Of a DNA stretch of 64,000 bases, positions 51,355-64,000 are shown in pieces. The stretch comes from Eledone cirrhosa. Lineage: Eukaryota. How positions within the stretch are numbered: position 1 is the first letter of the stretch; each line of letters begins with the position of its first letter. Both the position numbers and the translations under genes were made by a program. Under the pieces are notes generated by a model, which made no database searches, was not told the origin of the DNA, and saw only the letters and a list, made by a program, of their open reading frames with translations. The stretch spans positions 146,630,001 to 146,694,000 of the forward strand of contig OZ024740.1 of assembly GCA_964016885.1 (NCBI GenBank). Direction: 5' to 3'.

Positions 51355-53770
51355 TAATAAAGGCTCTTGCCATCTTCCTATAGTTTTTAAAAACCTTATC
51401 CCTAATATTAGCCGTAGGATCTCCACCCTCTCTTCCTCAGAAGCTATTTTTAATAAGGCATCCCCCTACTATAATAAAGCCCTCCAAAATAGCGGTTTTA
51501 GCGAACCGATTAAATACATACTCAACTATACTAACTCTATTAAACATAAAAACAGGAAAAGAAAAATAATCTGGTTCACCCCCCCCCCCCTACTCTCTAG
51601 CAGTTAAAACTAATGTAGGCAAAAAATTCCTAGAGCTCCTAGATAAACATTTCCCTAGAACACATAGATACTATAAGATCTTTAATAGAAACTGTGTCAA
51701 AATTAGCTATTCCTGCGGTCCCCCTATTAAGTCCTACACCATCAACAAAAATCACCTAGAGAACATCAAAATTGCTCCTGTAGAATCAAAAGTGAATGCC
51801 CATTACAAGGTAAATGCAACACCAAAGCCATTGTATATGCGGCTAAAGTGACAACCATCAGCAACAACCATCCAGCCACCAGTGAACGATATGTGGGTAT
51901 GACGCAAGACAAATTCAAAACGCGTTATTACTCACATGTCGCATCCTTTCGACATCCAGAAAAAAGATTTACAACAGCTCTGGCTAGCAGAATATGGGAT
52001 TTGAAAGACCAAGGTATCCAATATAAATTGGATTGGTCAATTTTGAACCAATCTAAAGAATATGCTAGAGGAACAAGAAAATGCACGCTCTGCATAAATG
52101 AAAAATATTGGATCTTGCAAAATCTTAAATCACCAAAGACCTGCCTGAACACAAAGACGGAAATTTTCACCAGTTGCCCACACATGAAATCACACATGCT
52201 TTCCAGCTCATATAAACTTAACACACTTTCAGATACTTATCCTCCATAAACTCTTATTATTCTCTTTATAACTTTATAACTACCCTTTCTGATTTACTTT
52301 CATTTTTATCCTTATTATTAATTTCCTTTTTATTTTTATTTTTATTTTTATATATTTTTATTTTTACTTCACATCCACCAATACCCCCCCCCCCCTTATT
52401 CTCCGATTCACTTACCTAATATCTTCACTTTCCACTTTTTACTTCCCTATTTTCTTCACTAACTGATTAAACAGTCACTTGCGTTTTCCACTCCAGATAT
52501 TTTTTATTTTTATTTTTTATTTTTTATTTTTTCGCAGCCAATCTTATAATTTTAATTTTGTACTTACTTATCCAGAAGTTTTTTACACCCTGTATCTATG
52601 TGTCTGAACGCCTTAATGTGTGTATACTTTCTATATATGTACACGAGCGCCCCCGTATGTGCGCGCGCGTGCGTGTATATATATATATATATATGTGTAT
52701 GTATATGTGTCTTTATAACCGTGTTTTTACATCTATGTTTTTTGTTTTGTTTTTTCTTCTTCCCTTTTTTTACATCCTCATTTTTATGCGTGTGCATGCT
52801 AACAGGTCAATATGCGTGAGTGTATGTATGTGTGTGTGTGTGTGTGTGTGTACGCACCGAACGTATGGATGTGTAAGTGTGCGTGTGTATATAAGCATGT
52901 ATATTTTTGTGTGTGTGTGTGCGAGTGTGTATACAGTCGCGTGCGTGCGCGTGATTAGATATACATGGGGCGAGGCGTATATGCGTATATATGTGCATCC
53001 TGTGTGTGTAGATGTGCTTGCATACGCTTTTGTCTGCACGTTTTTTGCGTGTATATATATATATTTCTTATAGATATACGTTTCTTGTAGATATACGTGT
53101 GTGTGTACGCGTGTACCTTGTTTCCCTTCTTTTCTTTAAATTTTTCTTTCTAAATTATTGTTCCATTTTTATAAATATATCGAGAATGATACTTTCTTTT
53201 AATTATTACACTCCCTTACCTCTTTTACTTCCGCATATAAGTGTACGTGCGTGTGGGTGTGTTTATACGCGTGCCTTCATATTCTTATAATGTATCAATT
53301 ACCCTATTTTTTCTGTGTACCTGCCAAACAGAAAACCACATCATGTCTGTCTGTAGCTTACAGATACACAGATATATTTACGCACACTTTTTCACTATAC
53401 GTATACATTTGTACATACACATATATGTACATCTGTGAGCGTATATACATACATATACACACACCTAACTATATTTCTTGAAAGATTTTTATATATTTCA
53501 TATGGCTATTGTAATTCATTTGTCTATATTTATATAATTTTTTTTTTGCTTTTCTTGATGAGACTTTCCAAGTATTTAGCCATGTTTTATATTGCCTCGT
53601 CTGACGAACGAATGAAGACGTTTCTTTCGTATTCGCCTCATTCGGGAAATCTCTGGTAATGAGGTAATTATATTGTATTGATTTTTATACATTAAATTTT
53701 GCTCTGGTACTTACATAGAGCACTCTTCACTTCTATGACCTTTTCTGTTATCAAGGGAAATTTCAATACT
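51355..53770 (+). mobile_element. PLE 3' fragment (RT thumb, GIY-YIG, long 3' UTR/pLTR)
   Basis: RKRKIIWF.PP, HFPRTHRYYKIFNRN..K.SYS, YVGMTQDKFKTRYYSH...CTLCINEK...CPH. Confidence 0.88.
53591..53668 (+). ncRNA. Type I hammerhead with extended stems in PLE pLTR
   Basis: attgcctcgt-CTGACGA-a cgaatga...tcattcg g-GAAA-tc tct gg-TA-atgaggtaat. 10-bp stem I including G-U pairs. Confidence 0.75.
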
Positions 53771-54071
53771 TATATATATATAATATATATATATAATATA
53801 TATATATATATATAAAACATTTAAATATAAATTAATATATATGATGAAACACAAATACCAACATATCTGTATTTATATTGCAAAAGAAAATTTAGCCAGA
53901 ATTTAAGTATACTAATTATAATATTACAGTTTGTCCATATCGATTTAAAATAATAAATCAACAAAGACGAACTGTATTGCCAAATGGCCATGATGTTTAG
54001 ACACATTTAAATTTCAAAATCAAACCTGTTCCATAGATAAGTTTAAACTTTAAAATCCAAATATGTTTCGT

Positions 54072-55002
54072 ATCAAGGAAGCGCTTTTTATCATACGACT
54101 GCAACCGCAAATAAACAATCGATCAGAGAGAAGAGAAATGAGATGGCTGGTTTAAGTTAACAAGCGATGCAACAACACACAACACACGCACACACACACA
54201 CACACACACAAACGAGACAACTACACACACACACGCACACACACAGTAGCATTCCACTATACGAACATACTACACTGCCAATACAGAGGAACAAGGCAAC
54301 AACACACGCACACACACACACACACTCAAGCGAGACAACAACACACGCACACACGCAAACGAGACAACTACACACACACACGCACACACACAGTAGCATT
54401 CCACCATACGAACATACTACACTGCCAATACAGAGGAACAAGGCAACAACACACACACACACACACACTCAAGCGAGACAACAACACACGCGCACACACA
54501 CACAGTAACCTTTGACAAACAGGCAGAGAATGGACTGACAGCTAGCGCTATCCCACTCCCTCATTCGGCCGCTGACCTCTGTACGAGCGACCCCATTTAA
54601 CGCGCACGCGCGCTCTGCCGAATACCTCAGATATTCAAAACAACAAACAGCAAAGGACGCGTTCCGGACTTGTCCGACAGACAACCTCTTCCCCCACCCC
54701 GGAAAAAAACCCCAGTTGATGGATGTGAATCCGAAATATATAGGGACTATTAAATCTCTCCCAAGGTAACTCTCTCTTGTGTTGTTATTTTAATTTTATC
54801 CTTTATACTCTTCCCTACATTCTACACATCTCACACATCTTATACACACCACGCATCTCAACGTACACCCACTTACATCTCTCTCTCCACCACCGGACCA
54901 TGTTACCCGGAGATTTACCCATTTGCATTGTCGAGGCTTCCAAACGACTTAAAGATATTTACTTATTGTTCCACAATGCTTCAAGCAAACTTCAATACTC
55001 TC
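54072..55002 (+). mobile_element. Second, 5'-truncated copy of the 36880-38895 PLE (ORF end + pseudo-LTR with internal duplication)
   Basis: Aligns by eye to 38130-38895, with the same HHR-like motif at 54710-54745. Confidence 0.9.
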
Positions 55003-55049
55003 ATATATATATAATATATATAATATATATATATATTATATTATTCTTA

Positions 55050-58772
<3,723 letters not shown>

Positions 58773-58794
58773 AATATATATATAATATATATAT

Positions 58795-58998
<204 letters not shown>

Positions 58999-59146
58999 AT
59001 ATATATAATATATATATATATATATAATATATATAATATATATATAATATATATATAATATATATAATATAATAAAGTAGGTGGGGGGGGAGAGGTCAGT
59101 ATTTACTGGTGTCAGCAAACTGCCTATTTATAAATGTATCTATAAA

Positions 59147-59189
59147 TTTAGAAATAAAAAGAAAAAGAAAAAAGAAAAATATTAAGAAA

Positions 59190-59221
<32 letters not shown>

Positions 59222-59266
59222 ATATATGTATGTCTATGTATGAGTATATATATGTATGTATGTATA

Positions 59267-59299
<33 letters not shown>

Positions 59300-59383
59300 G
59301 TGTATATATATATATATTTATTATATATGTGTGTGTATATATATGCATCTTTATATATGTGTATGTGTACATGTGTGTGTGTA

Positions 59384-59428
<45 letters not shown>

Positions 59429-59429
59429 G

Positions 59430-59475
<46 letters not shown>

Positions 59476-59516
59476 GGTATGTATGTGTATATGTGTATAT
59501 ACATGAGTGTATTTAT

Positions 59517-59564
<48 letters not shown>

Positions 59565-59879
59565 TGTGAATGTATGTATATATGTATGTGTGTATATATA
59601 TGTATATATATATATGTGTGTATATATGTATATGTCTATGTATTTATATGTGTATATGTATGTGTCTCTATATGTATGCGCGTGTGTGTATGTGTATGTG
59701 TATATATATGGTGTGTGTATGTATATGTATGTGTATGTATGTGTTTATGTATATGTGTATGTATATGTATATATATATATATATATATATGTATATCGAT
59801 GTATATTTTATATTTTACTTGTTTATATATATATATTTTCTTAATATTTTTCTTTTTTCTTTTTCTTTTTATTTCTAAA
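59147..59879. repeat. TA/TG microsatellite bracketed by ~50-bp inverted repeats, abutting the gap
   Basis: tttagaaataaaaagaaaaagaaaaaagaaaatattaagaaaa matches its reverse complement ending at 59879. Confidence 0.75.
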
Positions 59880-60079
59880 NNNNNNNNNNNNNNNNNNNNN
59901 NNNNNNNNNNNNNNNNNNNNNNNNNNNNNNNNNNNNNNNNNNNNNNNNNNNNNNNNNNNNNNNNNNNNNNNNNNNNNNNNNNNNNNNNNNNNNNNNNNNN
60001 NNNNNNNNNNNNNNNNNNNNNNNNNNNNNNNNNNNNNNNNNNNNNNNNNNNNNNNNNNNNNNNNNNNNNNNNNNNNNNN
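59880..60079. other. Assembly gap (200 N)
   Basis: Run of n characters. Confidence 1.
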
Positions 60080-63000
60080 CGAGGAGGAGCACTTCCACAC
60101 AATCAAAAGAAAAAAAAGAAAACACACCTCAGACACACAAATGAAAACAACCCCTCCCCAAAACATAACACTGATACCAACACAAAAGAGCTCACAACAA
60201 CAGCAAACAAAAAATACCACACAAAAACAAAAACATGCATACACATACATAAACACAAGAAACAAAAAAACTGTTAAACATTGTGTACAACAACAATCTA
60301 ATAAAAACACAAGGGCCTAACTTCACCCAGGCAGGGGATTTCCCCCACCTCAAAATGATTAAGGCCCCACAGGACACCTATAAAACTTTAAAAAACAATT
60401 TTAAAGAGGACGTGGGTCCCCCCTGCGTCGGGCCCATTAACCGCGTCCTCCTAAAAAACTACCCCACCCCCTCCCCAAACACCCACACAACTCCAAACTC
60501 CCCAACCACACAACACACTGATGCCCCTACACTTCCACAAACCACCACCCCACCCAACAACCCATCCCCCACCCTAATGGAAATTGTGCAGCCCGATACC
60601 CGGGACGCAGAGAGGTAAGTGCCTTTTCTCTTCACCACCAACATGGCTATGCTAAGAGTAGGCTGTTTGAATGCGCGTGGCCTGGGCTCAACTTGGAAGC
60701 AAGCAATGCTTCTAAATGACCTCAGGTCACAACGTATAGATGTGATGGTTATTTGCGAGGCCCGGATCAGCAACGTGCGACAGCTGGCCCCCACCTTTGA
60801 TGACTTTGAGATGCACGCATCTCTCTGTCAGCCCGGAGGTGGGGGTAGAGTTGTCGTTCTGCTGCAAAAACATCTGGGTCTCGCAACACAGATGGTACAT
60901 TTGGACCCGGAGGGTTGACTAGTGGTTCTGGACCTTGGCAGTGGTAAAGGCGGAGCGTTTAGGTTGGTAGCCGCCTACGGCCCTTTCGGGTCAATGCGGC
61001 CGGACTTCTTCCATCGTCTGGAGACTTTTCTAGGGACGTCCCGCTCCTTGCTATTAGTGGGGGACTGGAATGGTATCCTAGATGCACGCTGGGACTACGT
61101 AGGGGCCTGTCCCGATAGAGAGGGGTGTAATAGTCTCAAAGGGTTAATCGGTCGATTTGACCTGGCCGATAGATATCGACTAGATTTTCCGACTGCGCCA
61201 ACCTGGACTTGGGCAAATCGTAGCGGATCATCTAGGTCGTACATAGATAGGTTCTTAGTTAGAATTAAGGATAAGGACTTTTTAAGTTGTCCAAAAATGC
61301 GCATGGTTGGCTATTCAGACCACAAGTTAGTGACCTGCATGATCAACCTTGACAGAACTCATAGACAGGGACCCGGTTACTGGAAGCTCAACTTGTCCTT
61401 ACCGGCAAGTAAGGCTTACAGGGACCGGATTAGCACTTTAGTTAAGGAGCGGTTGACGGGCGCCATCGTCAACAGCAGGTGGTGGGGATCTCTCAAAAGA
61501 GAGATTAGAGTAGTCTCTATAGAATTTAGTAAGGAGTTAGCCTCAAATAGAAATAGGAAGGAAAGGGAGTTGGTAGATAGTGTAGAAGAGGCAATTAGAA
61601 GCGGCGACGTGGCCAGAGTGCTAGCGTCGAGAAACGCCCTGGGCCAGTTCTTCGACGCGAAACACGAAGGCTGCATCGTCCGAAGCAAAATACGTGCTCT
61701 GGGAAACGAGGGGACCAAAGCTGTTAGCTGGGCCCGCGTGACAGAAGCCAAAAGAGGGAGCAAATCCACTATCCGGTCTTTGCGAGACCAGGATGGACGG
61801 GTGATCCTTGAACCTAAGCAGATGTGCGAGGCTTTTCAAAAGCACTTTGACTGATTGTTCGGAAGGGGCGGGGGGCCGGTTGGGGATGTGGACTTCGGTC
61901 CATACCTCGACGGCCTGCCGCGTCTCTCGGACAGGGAGGCGAAGTCCTGCGAGGAGCCGATTTCAGCCGCTGAGATAGAGGACGTGCTGAGCCAATGCGG
62001 CAAACGCAAATCCCCGGGTCTCGATGGTCTTCCATACGAACTATATCTAGCTATGCCGGACTTGTTCCCCGATCTCCTCGAGGCGGTCTACTGCAACTGG
62101 CAACAGAACGGGAGAATTCCCTGTGCTGTGACCAAGGGCGTAGTCACGCTAGTGAGGAAGGACGAGAACAAGGGGGACGATATAAATAACTTCAGGCCCA
62201 TAACTCTGCTAAATACAGAGTTACAGATTTTGGCCAAGGTGCTAGCAAAGAGGTTGGCGCTTGTCGTGGGCAACCTGGTGGGAGATGTGCAGACATGTGC
62301 TATCCCGTCCAGGTCCATCCACGACAACCTCCACCTCATGCGATACATCATAGAGAGGGTTGGGAACGAACCCGGCTTTGGTGGGGCCCTGATCAACTTG
62401 GATTAATCTAAGGCATTCGATAGGGTCGACCATGGTTACCTGGATGCGGTGCTAGCGGCAGTAGGCTTCGGACCCGTTTTCAGGGGCTGGATCAATGCCA
62501 TGCACAGCAGCCGCATCTGCTCTAGGGTCAAGGTGAACGGCTACCTCTCGGAGTCGTTCGAAATCGCGCGGTCCATCCGACAGGGGTGCCCTCTCTCCTC
62601 CCTTCTGTATGTAATGACTCTAGAGCCACTGCTGCGGAAGTTGGAGTTGTTGTAGGGCATCCCGTTGGAACCGGGATTGCGGAAAGCGGTGTCAGCCTAC
62701 GCCGATGACGTAACAGTAATGGTGTCGAGGGCCTCGGAAATCGGGGCGATCGGCACCTTACTGGAGGAGTACGAAAGGTTTACAGGGGCTAAGCTGAACC
62801 GGGACAAGTCGATCGGTCTGCAATTCGGCACGTGGAGGGGCAGATCGATGCCCTCCGATGGCGTCGTCGGGCGCTGGATGGAAGGACCGGTGAAGTTGCT
62901 CGGGGTCTGGTTCGGACCAGACTTCCAGGTGGAGAAGAACTGGGGTGAGGTAACGAACAGGGTGTTTGCACTGAACCAGAAGTGGGCCGAGTGCAAACTG

Positions 63001-64000
63001 TCCCTGAAAGGTCGGGCGGAGGTGGCGAACACTTATATAGCGCCCGTCATCTACTACCGCCTGACCGTTGTGCCTTGCTCAAGGGAAACGCTCGCCAAAA
63101 TGGAGCGCGCACTCTTCCAATTCCTTTGGAAGAAGCGGGCTCCTATGGTGAGGAGATCCATCTGCTGTCAACACCCTTCGAAAGGAGGGCTGGGGATGCC
63201 GTGGCTAATGATACGTAAACACGCATTAAGGCTACGGCACCTTCGGGTATTCCTCTCCGGTCAACCGGTGTGGGCCCCGTTTGTGAGGCGAGCCTTTCCC
63301 AGACTCGTCTCACTCACCGAGCTGCAATCCTGGGTCAAGCAAAGACAGAGAAAACTGGGCGCCTGGCACACCGAGTGTGCCTAGGCGCTCACGGCTCTCT
63401 GGCAGGCGGACCCGGCTGTCAGTGGAGAATCCACCTCGTCATTCTATAGAGGGCTGGTGGTTAGCAGGTGCGACGACGCCCTCGGAGAAGCCCTAGGCAT
63501 GGAGGAAGACGAACTGGCCAACCTGTTCGGTAGGACATTCAGCCCGGGACCCATGGATAACTTCCAGACGTCCCTGGCCTGGCAATGCTACAGAAGGGCT
63601 CTGCCCGTTCGAGAAAGGCTCTACAGATACGGGCGCCCGGGTAGGGACCCCTCGAAAAAGATCTGTCCCAGATGCGTGTGCGACGAGGAAACCGTTGCAC
63701 ACGCATTGGTACACTGCTCGGGCATTGCCGATCTGTGGGGCTATGTCGAACAACTGCTGTCAAGGGTGGGACCGATCCGGTTGACCACCGAGTCTATTGT
63801 AATGATCAAGCCGCCTCCCCTCTTCAAAAACGAAGGAGAGGCGGTGTTTCTGTGCGTAATAGCCATGGCGAAAGAGGTTGTATGGTGGACGCGTCTGAAA
63901 GGACTGAGGTCAGACACCTTTCTCTCTGGCCAACAACTGGTCCGTTTCTTCCGATATCATTTCGGAAGAAGGATCAGGATGGAGAGAGAGGTGCTGCACC
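60080..64000 (+). mobile_element. L1/Tx1-clade LINE: probable ORF1 end plus ORF2 (from ATG ~60643; APE endonuclease, RT, CCHC finger) with in-frame stops; runs off the window
   Basis: LNARGL, GDWN, TW...SYIDRF, SDH, WKLN, KSPGLDG, FRPITLLN, LD*SKAFDRV, IRQGCPLS, YADD, CPRC...ETVAHALVHC. Confidence 0.95.

Noticed and set aside
59636-60320. ORFs spanning the N run
   Set aside because: Artefacts of translating through the assembly gap.

Overview
Eukaryotic, very AT-rich animal genomic DNA. It is most likely a cephalopod such as octopus, inferred from recalled SINE look-alikes and the TE mix rather than proven. The window has five parts: (1) a 9.2-kb 41-bp satellite with nested ~25-mer and ~100-mer higher-order repeats; (2) one plausible host gene on the minus strand, a two-coding-exon ~114-aa secreted, C-terminally amidated neuropeptide precursor (ELH/CRF/DH44-like) with a 22-kb intron; (3) two large (TA)n-microsatellite 'islands' (~10.9-27.1 kb and ~36.7-59.9 kb) filled with Penelope-like element (PLE) fragments, fold-back palindromes and short non-coding elements; (4) RTE, CR1/L2-type, CRE and Tx1 LINE remnants, Helitrons, SINEs and a MITE; (5) a 200-N gap. 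The most striking unannotated signal is roughly 18 type-I hammerhead ribozyme (HHR) motifs from several families. These include a tandem ~475-nt non-coding retrozyme-like repeat with an octamer motif, a ~320-bp HHR element showing stem covariation, and non-canonical core variants. Most ORFs in the supplied track (YI/CV/HT repeats) are microsatellite artefacts. All structures were folded by eye.
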